Shown in pieces: positions 41,685 to 53,392 of a DNA stretch of 64,000 nucleotides. Position 1 is the first letter of the stretch. Each line of letters opens with the position of its first letter. This DNA is from an uncultured virus (IMG/VR IMGVR_UViG_3300001486_000425). Taxonomy: Duplodnaviria > Heunggongvirae > Uroviricota > Caudoviricetes. The notes below the pieces were generated by a model, which worked only from the letters and a program-made list of their open reading frames with translations, made no database searches and was not told where the DNA came from. The stretch lies in the IMG/VR virus record IMGVR_UViG_3300001486_000425. The stretch is one strand, 5' to 3'. The position numbers and the translations under genes were made by a program.

Positions 41685-43964
41685 TTAAATATGATTATCT
41701 GCGAATTCTTCAAATTCTTCTAAAGGCATAGGTTTTGCAAAATAATAACCTTGGAATAATACACTTCCCATATCAATTAGGTCACTATATTGTTTTAATG
41801 TTTCTACACCTTCAGTAAGAGTTGTAAGATGTAAATCATTTGAAAGATTTATTACATTTTTAACAATTGTTTTTGATCTTTCATTTTCATCTTTAGATAA
41901 GAAGTTCATATCAATCTTTAATACATCGACTGGAAGATCTTTTAATAAATTCAATGATGAGAATCCACTGCCAAAATCATCCATTTCTACTATAAATCCT
42001 TTTTCTCTTAAAGTGTTAAATATTTTTAACTTTTCTTCTTGATCTGTCATCATAGCAGTTTCAGTGATTTCTATTCTTAATTTTTTAGACTCAATTTCAA
42101 ATTCTTCTACTAAATCTGTAATAACTTGAATAACATCTAAGAAATAGAAATCTTTTGGTGAAATATTGATTGATAAAAATAAATTTGGATATTTTGTTTT
42201 CCAAGACTGAAGTATTTCACATACATGTCTCCATATATGTTTATCTACTTCAGCAATCATACCATTTTTCTCAAATATAGGAATAAATTTTCCAGGAGGC
42301 ATAAAACCAAGCTCTGGATGAATCCATCTTGCTAAAGCTTCTGCACCTACAACTTTTCCATATACGTCAGTAATTGGTTGCAAGTATGGTATAATTTGAT
42401 CCTCATTTAATGCCTTTGATAATCCAATTGCAAGTTGTTGTTCTTCTAAGATATTTTGACGTAATTTTTCATCATAAAATTTTATTGTTGTTTTATAATT
42501 TTCTGTAATTATCAATACTGCAAGATGTGCTCTATCAAACATTACAGATGGATCTAATTTTTTATCTAAGATCTTATAAACTCCAATATGAATACACAAT
42601 TGATGTTCAGTATATTTATTTGCTTTAATTTTAAAATTAGAGAACATATTCATGAATAGTTTATCATTATACATTTCAGTAGGCATAAATATACCAAATG
42701 TATCTCCAACTAATCTTGCAATAATAACATCTTCGCCTTTAATTTTATCTTTTAATATATTTGCAATCTTAATTAAGGCTCTATCACCAAATTTAGTACC
42801 AAATATATCATTTATAATTTTAAAGTTTTTAACATTAAGATATATTGCACAATAGTCTTTATCTTTATTTACAGCAATTATTTCTCGCATTAGTTTATAA
42901 AGAGTTGTTACATTATAAAGACCTGTAAGTCTATCATGCATAGACTCGTATAATTCTTTATCAACTGCTTTTTTACGTTCAGTATTATCTTCAATAACCA
43001 AGAATGAACCTTCTAATTTATCAATTGAGTTAACTGATTTCTTTTCTAATGTAAAATATCTATCAGTTTCTTTAACATAAATTTTTTCTGTCCATTCTTC
43101 ACCTTTATTTGAAAGATCTCCAAACATTTCAAATAAATTATCTTTTAATTTTGTTACATCTCCTCTAGTATTTAATAATTTATGCGCATTTTCATTTGCC
43201 CAAATACATTTATTATAATCATCAAATACTAAAATAGCATCATTTAAGTTAGATGTAACATTCATAAGTAATGTATCTAATAATTTCATTGGTTTATATT
43301 TAATAGCAAAGAAATAAATACAAACACCTGTTATTGCATGTGCAATAACTGCACCATCAATACTAGATTTTAAAATAATAAATATAGCTTGTGATATACC
43401 ACCGACTATTAATGTTATTAGTATAACCCAATATTTTTCTTTATATAATCTTGATGATTTTATTACACCTAATGTAAAGATTAATAATACTGCAAAAAAT
43501 AATCCATAATTGATAATTCTATGTATAGTTAATCCTATTAATGGAGTTGCTTTATAATATACACTATTATCTATTATTATTTCATTTAATTTTATAATGT
43601 GTTTTGTAAATAATCCAATATTTAATTGTAATATATCTAATCCACCTATAATATATAACTTAATAGGTTTACCATGCTTTTTCTTTTTATCAATATCTTG
43701 ACAATAACAATTTGTAAATGCTATTAAAGATATTAATGTAAGAGTCATTCCGTTATAATAAAAATAATATCCAACAAGCGATAATGTCCTATTCGTTGAT
43801 ATATTAACTATAAAATTCGCAGCACAAATAATTGCAATTGATAAATTAAAATAAATAATATATTTTGAACTAGGTTTTTTAGCTTGACGTGCTTTATATA
43901 CACAAACAAGCTGTATTATTGTACAAATTATAAATAATAAAGTATAAATATTACGAATACCCAT
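41685..43964 (-). CDS. Multi-TM sensor-PAS-degenerate GGDEF-EAL c-di-GMP phosphodiesterase
   Basis: N-terminal TM helices; HDRLTGLYN; VGDTF replaces GGDEF; AEALARW, EITE, MDDFGSGFSS, EGVE, FQGYYF. Confidence 0.9.
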   Translation of the reverse strand: MGIRNIYTLLFIICTIIQLVCVYKARQAKKPSSKYIIYFNLSIAIICAANFIVNISTNRTLSLVGYYFYYNGMTLTLISLIAFTNCYCQDIDKKKKHGKPIKLYIIGGLDILQLNIGLFTKHIIKLNEIIIDNSVYYKATPLIGLTIHRIINYGLFFAVLLIFTLGVIKSSRLYKEKYWVILITLIVGGISQAIFIILKSSIDGAVIAHAITGVCIYFFAIKYKPMKLLDTLLMNVTSNLNDAILVFDDYNKCIWANENAHKLLNTRGDVTKLKDNLFEMFGDLSNKGEEWTEKIYVKETDRYFTLEKKSVNSIDKLEGSFLVIEDNTERKKAVDKELYESMHDRLTGLYNVTTLYKLMREIIAVNKDKDYCAIYLNVKNFKIINDIFGTKFGDRALIKIANILKDKIKGEDVIIARLVGDTFGIFMPTEMYNDKLFMNMFSNFKIKANKYTEHQLCIHIGVYKILDKKLDPSVMFDRAHLAVLIITENYKTTIKFYDEKLRQNILEEQQLAIGLSKALNEDQIIPYLQPITDVYGKVVGAEALARWIHPELGFMPPGKFIPIFEKNGMIAEVDKHIWRHVCEILQSWKTKYPNLFLSINISPKDFYFLDVIQVITDLVEEFEIESKKLRIEITETAMMTDQEEKLKIFNTLREKGFIVEMDDFGSGFSSLNLLKDLPVDVLKIDMNFLSKDENERSKTIVKNVINLSNDLHLTTLTEGVETLKQYSDLIDMGSVLFQGYYFAKPMPLEEFEEFADNHI

Positions 43965-43977
43965 ATATTATACCTCC

Positions 43978-45411
43978 TTATCTATAACTTCCATGTTGCA
44001 TTTTAAACTTAGTCTTATTCTCGTACATATGTTTATCAGCACGCTTAAAGACAAGTTCTGCAGTATTATCATCAGATGAAAGCTCAGCCATACCACAAGA
44101 TGCAGATAATTTTTCCCAAGGTATATCAGACTCTTTATTATAAGAAACTTCAAATGCTTTTTCAAGCTCTTCAAATTTTTGTTGTCTATCTATATAATCT
44201 TGATTTTCAACAATTATTACAAATTCGTCACCACCAATTCTATAAACTGGTGAATGTTTAAAAACTTTACAAATTAATTGACAACAACCTTGTAAATAAT
44301 AATCTCCAGCTTTATGACCAAACTTATCATTCATTGCTTTAAGATCATTAATATCTATCATAACAATTGCATAATCATGTGGATTATTATTTAAATCTAG
44401 CATCTTTTGCATATACGCTGCTTTATTTCCTACATGAGTTAATGCATCTTTATAAGAAACAATATTTAAATGGTTAATCTGGCTATCTTTTTGAGAAATA
44501 CTACTAGACATTTCATTAATATCCTTTAAATAGTCAACAATTTTTAATTGATTTGCTCTAATATTATTATAAATCTCACCAATTTCATCATCACGATCCA
44601 TATTGAGACTTATAACATTTGCATCAATAGAATTTAATCCAGCTGGATTAAATAATTTAATTGCATCTGCAATTTCTTTAAGTGGTTTAATAAGATTTTT
44701 TGAAATAATAAATAAACCAACAATAATTACAATAATTGTTGTAGTAACTACTACAACTACATTAATAATTAATGAACGAATTTTCGCATTTGCAATATTA
44801 GAATAATCTACATCACAACCAACTATACAAACGCAATTTCCATTACTATCATAAACAGGCGCAAAGTCAGAAACTAACCAACCCCAAGTATCACTATATG
44901 AAATATCTGGATCAATTTTTGTAAGATCTTTACCTAAATATACATCTTCTCTATCTTCCCATCGACCAGCTGCCTCATATAATGTTTGTTTAGAATCATC
45001 AATCATATACATATCTTGTACAGCATTTTCATCACCATGTGCTACAATATATACATATTTGACTTCATCCATATTATTAATATATTTAGTTAATGCATTA
45101 CGAATATTACAATATTCTTCCCACATACCTTTTGATTCAAGATAATCTTGAATTAATTGTTCATTTTTTTCTTTAGTTGCTTTTGTATGTATTGCTTGAT
45201 ATTCATCGGATTCAAGTAATACTCTTAATTTTCCTAAATAATCACCATCAAGTGTAGAGGCAAAATTAGTAGCATTTTCAGAAGTAATATTTTTATAAAG
45301 TCTATCTATTTGTCTAGCATTTGTCATATATGATGAGACAATTGCACCAATAGAAATAGCCAAAACTATACTAATTACAAAAACATATAGCTTACGTTTT
45401 ATGCTTTTCAT
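43978..45411 (-). CDS. Membrane diguanylate cyclase (sensor-HAMP-GGDEF)
   Basis: Two TMs, RDDEIGE, DALTHVGN, NDKFGHKAGD, RIGGDEF intact. Confidence 0.92.
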   Translation of the reverse strand: MKSIKRKLYVFVISIVLAISIGAIVSSYMTNARQIDRLYKNITSENATNFASTLDGDYLGKLRVLLESDEYQAIHTKATKEKNEQLIQDYLESKGMWEEYCNIRNALTKYINNMDEVKYVYIVAHGDENAVQDMYMIDDSKQTLYEAAGRWEDREDVYLGKDLTKIDPDISYSDTWGWLVSDFAPVYDSNGNCVCIVGCDVDYSNIANAKIRSLIINVVVVVTTTIIVIIVGLFIISKNLIKPLKEIADAIKLFNPAGLNSIDANVISLNMDRDDEIGEIYNNIRANQLKIVDYLKDINEMSSSISQKDSQINHLNIVSYKDALTHVGNKAAYMQKMLDLNNNPHDYAIVMIDINDLKAMNDKFGHKAGDYYLQGCCQLICKVFKHSPVYRIGGDEFVIIVENQDYIDRQQKFEELEKAFEVSYNKESDIPWEKLSASCGMAELSSDDNTAELVFKRADKHMYENKTKFKMQHGSYR

Positions 45412-45456
45412 AATTTACCTCCTTATTTTAATATTATAAATAAATTTTTTCAAAAG

Positions 45457-47727
45457 TTAACTAATTTTTAAACAAAAATCTTCAAAATCATATGTACTTA
45501 ATGGTTTATTGAAGAAATAACCTTGGAATAATTGACATCCAAAACCTTTTAACATATCATATTGATCTTCAGTTTCTACACCTTCAATTAAAGGTGTAAT
45601 TTGTAAATCTCTAGCTAATCTGACTATATTTTTAATAATAATATTAGCACGTTTACTATCTTTTGACAAGAATTGCATGTCAATTTTAAGTACATCTACA
45701 GGCATATCCTTTAAAAGATTAAGTGAAGAATATCCTGAGCCAAAGTCATCCATTTCAACAATAAATCCTATTGCTTTTAATTCTTTAAGAATTACCATTT
45801 TTTCTTCAACATTAGACATCATCGTTGATTCTGTAATTTCGATTCTAAGTTTTCTAGGATCCAAATTATATTGATTTATTAAACCCTTTAATTCACTTAA
45901 TACATCAATAAAATAAAAGTCAATAGGAGAAATGTTAATTGATAAGAATAAATATTTAAAATTTGTATCTTTCCATTTATATAATGTTTCACAAGCGCAT
46001 TTCCAAATATACTTATCAATATCTGCAATAAGACCATTCTTTTCGAATATAGTTACAAAGTCACTCGGATTAAGTAAACCATATTCAGGATGTACCCATC
46101 TTACTAATGCTTCAGCTCCAACTATTGTATAATTATTATCTACAATAGGTTGATAGAATGGCTGAATCTCATTTTTAGTAATAGCTTCATATATTTCATT
46201 TGTATATTTTTGTTCTTTTACTACATCATTTCTTAAATTATCATCGTAATGTTTAATATCTGTTTTATAATTACTATTAATTGAAGAAACTGCTAAGTGA
46301 GCTCTATCAAACATAGTTGCAATATCAACAAACTTATCTGTAATTTCATATACACCAATATGTACTGAAATTCTATGCTTAATATTTTTGCCTTCAATTG
46401 AAAAATCTGCTAATTCATTTAAGAATGCAGCTTCATTATAATTTGATTGTTTTATAAAAATACCAAAAGTATCTCCAACAAGTCTACCAGTAGTTGCAAT
46501 ATTTTTAAATTTTTCTTGTAACCATTGACCAAATTGTTTTAAGACCATATCTCCAAAACGTCTACCAAATATATCATTTACAACTTTAAAGTTTTTAATA
46601 TTTATATAAATAATGCTATAATTATCACTTGTAGTATTAAGTGCATTTTCAATATAGTTATAAAGATATGCCATATTATATAATCCAGTTAATTCATCAT
46701 GCGTAGCATCATATCTTTCTTTTTCAACTGTTTTGAATCTTTCAGTATCATCTTTTATTACAACATAATAACCATCTAATAATTTATTATTTGTTTTTAC
46801 AGCTCTTTTTTCTATAATAAAATGTTTATCTGGAGTATTTACAACTGAAGTCCATTTATCACTTTTATCTGCAATAGCACCAAATGTGTCTATAAATGCT
46901 TGTTTAACTGCTTTTAAATTATGTTTAATTCCTAATAAAGCATAACCATTTTCATTTACATATATACATTTATCTGTATTATCAAATATAAAAACTGAAT
47001 CATCCATATCTGAAATAATTGATGATAATAACGTATCAAGTAATTTTAAAGGCTGATATAAAATAGATAAATAAAATACAATAACACCAAATAAACTATG
47101 TACTATAATTGATCTATCAATTGGAATTTTTGAATAGATAAATATTCCTTGTGCTATTCCAGCTAGTATTAAAATTGACAAAATAGTTAAATATTTTTCT
47201 TTATATAATTTTGCAGCTTTTACACTACATACAATATAAGTAATAAGAATACATCCATACATAATATATGTTAATGCTCTATGTAAAATTAAACCAAAAG
47301 AAGACATATCCATATAGAATATCTCTTTGTTGTCTAATATTACCTTTTGCACTGAAAAAATATGATGTATAAATATACCTAAAACTAATTGAAATATATC
47401 AAATATTCCAATAATATAAATTAAATAAAATTTATTATGTTTTCTTTCTGGTTCAACACCTTTACAATATATTACAGTAAAATACGCTAATGCAATTAAA
47501 ATTAATGTCATTCCAATATATGACATATAATATCCAACTGTTGCTGAAGCCTCATTACTTGCTCTTAATATAATTAAATTACCAATAATTGGTAACATAA
47601 TTGAAATATTTAACCATCCAGTATATTTACCTATATTTTTCTTAGATCTAAAAGATAATATTGAACATGTAATTTGTATTAATAATAAAAATATAAACAA
47701 GATACTATATTTATCTTGCATGTTCAT
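45457..47727 (-). CDS. Multi-TM sensor-PAS-degenerate GGDEF-EAL phosphodiesterase (paralog of 41685-43964)
   Basis: VGDTF, AEALVRW, MDDFGSGYSS, EGVE, FQGYFF. Confidence 0.9.
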   Translation of the reverse strand: MNMQDKYSILFIFLLLIQITCSILSFRSKKNIGKYTGWLNISIMLPIIGNLIILRASNEASATVGYYMSYIGMTLILIALAYFTVIYCKGVEPERKHNKFYLIYIIGIFDIFQLVLGIFIHHIFSVQKVILDNKEIFYMDMSSFGLILHRALTYIMYGCILITYIVCSVKAAKLYKEKYLTILSILILAGIAQGIFIYSKIPIDRSIIVHSLFGVIVFYLSILYQPLKLLDTLLSSIISDMDDSVFIFDNTDKCIYVNENGYALLGIKHNLKAVKQAFIDTFGAIADKSDKWTSVVNTPDKHFIIEKRAVKTNNKLLDGYYVVIKDDTERFKTVEKERYDATHDELTGLYNMAYLYNYIENALNTTSDNYSIIYINIKNFKVVNDIFGRRFGDMVLKQFGQWLQEKFKNIATTGRLVGDTFGIFIKQSNYNEAAFLNELADFSIEGKNIKHRISVHIGVYEITDKFVDIATMFDRAHLAVSSINSNYKTDIKHYDDNLRNDVVKEQKYTNEIYEAITKNEIQPFYQPIVDNNYTIVGAEALVRWVHPEYGLLNPSDFVTIFEKNGLIADIDKYIWKCACETLYKWKDTNFKYLFLSINISPIDFYFIDVLSELKGLINQYNLDPRKLRIEITESTMMSNVEEKMVILKELKAIGFIVEMDDFGSGYSSLNLLKDMPVDVLKIDMQFLSKDSKRANIIIKNIVRLARDLQITPLIEGVETEDQYDMLKGFGCQLFQGYFFNKPLSTYDFEDFCLKIS

Positions 47728-47761
47728 ATATCATCTCTCCTCTACAATTTTATAGTATTTT

Positions 47762-48154
47762 TTAATTTCCTTCCATCTTTTTCATAAATTTTAAAAATGA
47801 TTTCCAGTTTATTGGATAATCATTACTTCCATAATAATGCAATAATCCGTCCATACAAATTATATCAACCGACCATTGTTCTCCATCTAATGCTTCATCA
47901 TCATAATATAAATCTGTCCAATTTTTGATATATTTATATAATTCGTCTTTAAATTTTTCAAATTCTTCTTTAGTCATCAATTGTTCAATTTCAGGATTCT
48001 TTTTTGATTTTGTAAAATTCGTTTTAATAATTTTATCATTTTCTACTTTAATTTTAAGATATTTATAGCCTCGACAATAATTGCCACAACAAAATTCAAA
48101 ATCAACCATGCTATTTAATAATTCTTTTGACAACACAATTATTACCCTCCTCAC
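47762..48154 (-). CDS. Hypothetical protein
   Basis: LDGEQWS...GSNDYP motif; start uncertain (probably 48109). Confidence 0.65.
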   Translation of the reverse strand: MRRVIIVLSKELLNSMVDFEFCCGNYCRGYKYLKIKVENDKIIKTNFTKSKKNPEIEQLMTKEEFEKFKDELYKYIKNWTDLYYDDEALDGEQWSVDIICMDGLLHYYGSNDYPINWKSFLKFMKKMEGN

Positions 48155-48254
48155 ATTATAAATTTATAAACTAAAACTATATAAATTAAATAGCTCTTTA
48201 AAAAGAAAAAGAGGCCTTTTTCAAGACCTCTTTTGTAAACTTTTTGTAACAATT

Positions 48255-49220
48255 TTATGCTTTCTTAACCATTACTTTTCTACCAGAATTTGATTTACTA
48301 AAATATTTTCTATAATATTTTACTTTGAAATATTTAGCTTTAACTGTCTTTATTGAAGATCCTTTTAATGAACCTTTAACTCCAGCTTTAGTTAATTTAA
48401 TTGTATTAGGAAGATTTAAAGTAGTTAATTTTTTACATCCACTAAATGTACTAGAACCAATTTTACTTAATTTCTTTGAAGTAATCTTAAATGCAGTTAA
48501 TCTATCACAACCTTTAAAAGCGCATTTACCAATAGTATTAAGACCAGCACCACCAATAACTCTTGTTAATCCAGCTGAACTAAAAATAGAATCATCATCC
48601 CAATATTTTATATCAGCAAAAGCATAATCTCCAATAGAAGTAACATTCTTAGGAATATTTACAGATTTTAACCAATATACATTCTCAAATGCATGTGCGC
48701 CAATTGTTTTTAATGATGTAGGTAATTTAAGAGTTGGTATACAATCTCCTTCAAATGCATAACTTCCAATAGCAGTAACTCCATTAGGAATAACCAATGT
48801 TGAACTTTGTATTAAACTACTTTGGAATGCATGAGCTCTAATTGTTTTTAATGTTGTTACTTTAGAAAATGTAACATCTATACCTACATATCCACCTAAA
48901 CCAGCAAATGCATAAGTACCAATAGATGTAATACCATTTTGAATTACAATATGTAAAATATTTTTATCATATTTATCCCAAGGCGCATTTTCATAAGAAT
49001 AATCATACATTGCACCTTTACCTGAAATTATAAGTTTATTTCCTTCAATTTTCCAATTAAGATTTTTACCACATCTACCTAATGCAGTAACTGTTGCATT
49101 TTCAATTTTAATATTAGAATTATCTAATTCTGCAGCATAAGCTGTTACTACTGGCATAGACACAACTGCCATTATAGCAGATAATAAACAAGTAAATATT
49201 TTTGTTTTTATATTTGACAT
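48255..49220 (-). CDS. Secreted BspA-type leucine-rich repeat protein
   Basis: Signal peptide; repeated IPNGVTAIGSYAF / LPTSLKTIGAHAF / IPKNVTSIGDYAF. Confidence 0.9.
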   Translation of the reverse strand: MSNIKTKIFTCLLSAIMAVVSMPVVTAYAAELDNSNIKIENATVTALGRCGKNLNWKIEGNKLIISGKGAMYDYSYENAPWDKYDKNILHIVIQNGITSIGTYAFAGLGGYVGIDVTFSKVTTLKTIRAHAFQSSLIQSSTLVIPNGVTAIGSYAFEGDCIPTLKLPTSLKTIGAHAFENVYWLKSVNIPKNVTSIGDYAFADIKYWDDDSIFSSAGLTRVIGGAGLNTIGKCAFKGCDRLTAFKITSKKLSKIGSSTFSGCKKLTTLNLPNTIKLTKAGVKGSLKGSSIKTVKAKYFKVKYYRKYFSKSNSGRKVMVKKA

Positions 49221-49259
49221 ACTTTTTCTCCTTTTTATTAATATTTATAGTTTTTAAAA

Positions 49260-50942
49260 TTAAGCATTTGAAACATCTGAAATTAATTTAATAATATATA
49301 ATTCAGCTTCTTGAAAATATATCATTGCATCTCCATCTTGAAATGCTTTATAAAATTTTTCTTTTATTTGTATATTATCATATACAGCATCTGTATATCT
49401 TTCTTTTTCTTTTATACAAAAAGATTTTAATTCATTTAACACTGTTAAATCAATATTACCTGATAGACCTTCATTATCAAATTTTTGATAATTTTGTAAT
49501 ACTGAACAAAGTTTTTCTAAACAATCTATTCTATATACACAATAATTTATCATTGCACCAGTATCAGGTAAATGTTGTAAACTAGGAGATTTATAATAAT
49601 TTAATGAATCCTTAGTTACTGCTAATTGTTCATAAAACCATGGAAAAATTTCTTCTACTCTTCTCATTTTATGTTCTCCTTTAGTTTGCAGCTATAATAT
49701 TAAACGCATCTTTCTTTGCATTTACTAAATAGAAATCAGGACATTCAAGTTTATAATCTCTTTGACCTATTTGTCTCCAAGCAAGACCAGCTGCTTCAGA
49801 TTGTCTATTATCTAATGAAGGAAGTTCTTTAATTTGTTGTAAAATAAGTCTTCCATCTTCTTGATCGTAATCAACACCAAAAGATCCTTCTCTTTCAATC
49901 TTTAATAATGTGCTAAAATCATTTGCGTCAAGAATATCACTTATAAAATGAGGATCTGAATCAAGTAAATCAGAAACTTTCTTTGTTTCATATTTTGTAA
50001 ATCTAACTCTATTAAACTTAGAAACACCTTTCTTCATCATATTCATCCAAATAAATGCAGGAATAGTATATGTACTTCTATTATTATCTTCTTTAAATGT
50101 TAATCTTGCAGGTACATTATCTGTACAAAGTTTAATAATTCCAAGCTTCTTTAAACCAACATGTTTAATAGGAACTTCAATATCAAATTCAACATTATAA
50201 CCAAAAGGCTTTACAGATACTTTAATATATTCATTAGCAAATGTTTCGTCTTTAACAATAAAATCTCTATAATCTAAATCTGTACCATTATCCTGAGCAC
50301 TTTGTTTTGCTGCATATAATGCACTATAAGATCTAATCTTTTGAGTTTTACCATCTCGAGTAGCAGTATGATTTACTAATAATGCAAAAAATAAGTCATT
50401 TGCACTCATTATATACTCTTTTCTTGCAGCTTGAATTGAATCCCAGAATGTAAGAACTGCAAGCATATTCCAAAAATCTTTAGTATCGACAGTTCCATCA
50501 AATATTGCATCAATTGGTTCACTAACATATCTATCAAAATTATCTACTAATTTTTGAAGCTTCCAGTTAGCTAATTCTGGATCTTTTGCGTATATGTTAT
50601 AAACTGTATCATTATTAGTATCACCACACATTACTCTTGTTAAAATAACTTTGTCTAAATTGTTGCTTCTAAGCATTTTTCAAATCTCCTTCACAGCTTC
50701 CATTTTTTCTTAAATTCTTCCTTCGTCATTTTACCTTCAACAACTTTATCTAAGTCAGCATTCTGTTCATCTTCTAACTTTTCTTTTTTAATTTGTTCAG
50801 GCGTCTTATTTTTCTTAGCAAGTTCTCGCTGTCTTACTCGTTCTAACCTATCAGCATCCATTACAAAAGCCTGTACTTCATCAATAACTGGATCAGGTTT
50901 CTTTTCTGGTTTCTCCGCAGGTCTATTCATTTTAATTTTCAT
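49260..50942 (-). other. Hypothetical CDSs 49260-49667, 49681-50676, 50691-50942
   Basis: Tiled ORFs with RBS. Confidence 0.75.
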
Positions 50943-50983
50943 TTTTCAATATTCCTTTCAATAGTATGTATTATGCATTTTAA

Positions 50984-51050
50984 TAAAAAATAGCTTACCC
51001 GTTACCAGATAAGCCATTATTCACATCCACTATATATTATATTTAAATAG
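50984..51050 (-). promoter_or_regulatory. Promoter-short leader-terminator unit
   Basis: CTATTTAAA-TATAAT, AGTGGATGTGAATAA, hairpin TGGCTTATCTG/CGGGTAAGCTA and T tract. Confidence 0.65.
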
Positions 51051-51054
51051 CCTT

Positions 51055-51963
51055 TTATTTTGATAGGTTATTTTTGAATATATCTTGTATAATTATATCT
51101 TCATCAGATATTGGATATTCATTTAAAAAATTAGTTACTTCTGTAAATTTATTTACTACTTTACTACAAAACTGATTAGACCTACTACTAAAAAGTATAG
51201 ATTTAATAAAATCAGCTTTAAAACCTAAAGATATAAATCTAAACATTAAACTAATCAATAAACAAATATAATCTTCAAATTCATCTTGAATATTTATTAT
51301 CATATTTGCAGTCCAATCTTCAGGAAGTGTCTCATATTCATAATAATCATTTATCTTTGAAATAAGAGTCTTCACTCCGTACTGATAATATCTAAACAAT
51401 TCATTCTGATGATAATCTTCTGCAATTCTAATATGCAATAATAAATGTTCAATTTTATCGCAATAAACTAATCTATTTGCTTTCTGACATTCAAAAGGTA
51501 CATTTCTTTCTTTACATTTTTCAGGACTACTTAAAAATAAATATTGATTTTCATCTATATGATGAATTTCAAGTCCTTCATCAGTTCTAGTATTAAAAAT
51601 ACCATTTGAATTATAATTTTCATCAAAATAATCATATGGTACTGGACCATACTTATTCAGCAAATAATTTACTAATTTATCATAACTACTAAATGGACTC
51701 TCTACATTATCATTATCAAGATACATAATAATAGAATAAAGTTTATCTGAATAAAATAACATTTCGTCTAATTTTTGCATATCTTCAGGTACTTCATCTT
51801 GATGAGATATATCCCATTCATGTCTCATTCTAGAATTTTCAAAATACCACTTCTTAATCTTCCAATCCCATTTAGCTCCAAGATCTTTGGCTTCTTCTTT
51901 ATCTTTATACTTTACATCTGCATAAAAACGATTTGCAGTATCAAATCTTTCAAATTTATACAT
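51055..51963 (-). CDS. DUF5710-like N-terminus plus HNH-like domain
   Basis: VKYKDKEEAKDLGAKWDWKIKKWY; GLEIHHIDE...RLVYCDKIEHLLLH. Confidence 0.6.
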   Translation of the reverse strand: MYKFERFDTANRFYADVKYKDKEEAKDLGAKWDWKIKKWYFENSRMRHEWDISHQDEVPEDMQKLDEMLFYSDKLYSIIMYLDNDNVESPFSSYDKLVNYLLNKYGPVPYDYFDENYNSNGIFNTRTDEGLEIHHIDENQYLFLSSPEKCKERNVPFECQKANRLVYCDKIEHLLLHIRIAEDYHQNELFRYYQYGVKTLISKINDYYEYETLPEDWTANMIINIQDEFEDYICLLISLMFRFISLGFKADFIKSILFSSRSNQFCSKVVNKFTEVTNFLNEYPISDEDIIIQDIFKNNLSK

Positions 51964-52410
51964 AAATTACTCCTCACCAAAGAAAATGGTATATCTCATT
52001 ATATTCATAACAAAGTATTGTAATTACGCGCTTAATATCTAATTTAGAAGCATCTTTAAATGCATTATATAAATCATAAAATAGTATTTTACAACAAAAT
52101 TTAACTACATCAACTTCATCTATTAAATTTTCATTATTTAATTTTTCTTTTATTATTCTTTCTAAATCAAAAATTTCTAAATTAAAATTACGCGAATACT
52201 CATTATACATTTCTTCAAAATTTTCTATATTGTGCACATATATATTATATATTTTATCAAAACTTAATTTACCATGTGCCCAAATACGTAATGTTCTTAC
52301 AAAAACAACACATTTTTTTATATCTTCATCTGTAAGATAAAAATTATGTGTTTTAAAACTATCTATAATGTTTTCAGTTGTAGTTTTAAGATCATCCATA
52401 TATTACTGTC

Positions 52411-52932
52411 TCAAATATAAATTCTGCAAACAAAACCAATAATAAGTGCTATAATTATACAGGCCCAAGTAAATCCTACACTCAACATAGAACCACTTTC
52501 AATCTTTGCCAACCTAATCTTTTTAATAAAAAAGAATGGAATTCCCTTTGGATTAAATGCGTCCAAAAATAAATGACTCAAACATCCAATAAAAAAACCA
52601 ATCATAGGAGGAAAGAAAAAATAACATAATACCAATCCAGCAATATAAGTAATTGGATCATGCAAAATTCCTCTATGATTAGAACCAATCTTTCCCATCT
52701 TTTTATTTATTGCGCCAATAACTGTAGAAACAGGTGCTGCAAGCTGTCCCATAAAACTAGACGGATTATCTATATCAGGAAATATTCCACCAACTAATCC
52801 GCCAAGTACCAATAATGTTGCTGTTTCTGGAGAACTAGTTACATGAGGTAATATAGTAGCAATATTTCCCATATTTATTGCAACCATTGCACCAACAGTT
52901 GCACCGTACATAAAATGACAATTTCCGTTCAT
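52411..52932 (-). CDS. YdjM-like membrane-bound metal-dependent hydrolase
   Basis: H, FPDID, HRGILH, SHLFLD..N..GIP and TM segments; promoter TTTACA-17-TATAAT at 53120-53148. Confidence 0.85.
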   Translation of the reverse strand: MNGNCHFMYGATVGAMVAINMGNIATILPHVTSSPETATLLVLGGLVGGIFPDIDNPSSFMGQLAAPVSTVIGAINKKMGKIGSNHRGILHDPITYIAGLVLCYFFFPPMIGFFIGCLSHLFLDAFNPKGIPFFFIKKIRLAKIESGSMLSVGFTWACIIIALIIGFVCRIYI

Positions 52933-53392
52933 TATTATTCCTTTACGTATTTATTTAAGTCTTGATTTTAATCAGTCAGAATATAATATTCTTAAGACTC
53001 TACATTAAAATAAGAATACTTAACCAAATAAGGACTCTGAGTATTTAATAATAAAGATACTATGTCTGCGATTAAATATACTATAATCATTTTTGCTCCT
53101 TAAATTAGATATTTATATTATTATAACTAATTTATTAGATAGTGTAAATACTTTTTATATAAGATTTAATTTAACTGCAAATTTATCTATATCAGCAGGA
53201 AAGTCTATTCTTTTTGAAATGTCTATTTCATATGAAACAAATAACTTGCGGTTATTATAATTATAGAAATCATTGTTCTGACAAATGCCAGTTCCTTTCA
53301 AAAAAAAAGAAATAAACTTATCCTTTTCTATCGAATAACTAGTTTTTAAGTCAGTATTATTTAATATGTTAACATTTATATTATTATTAACT

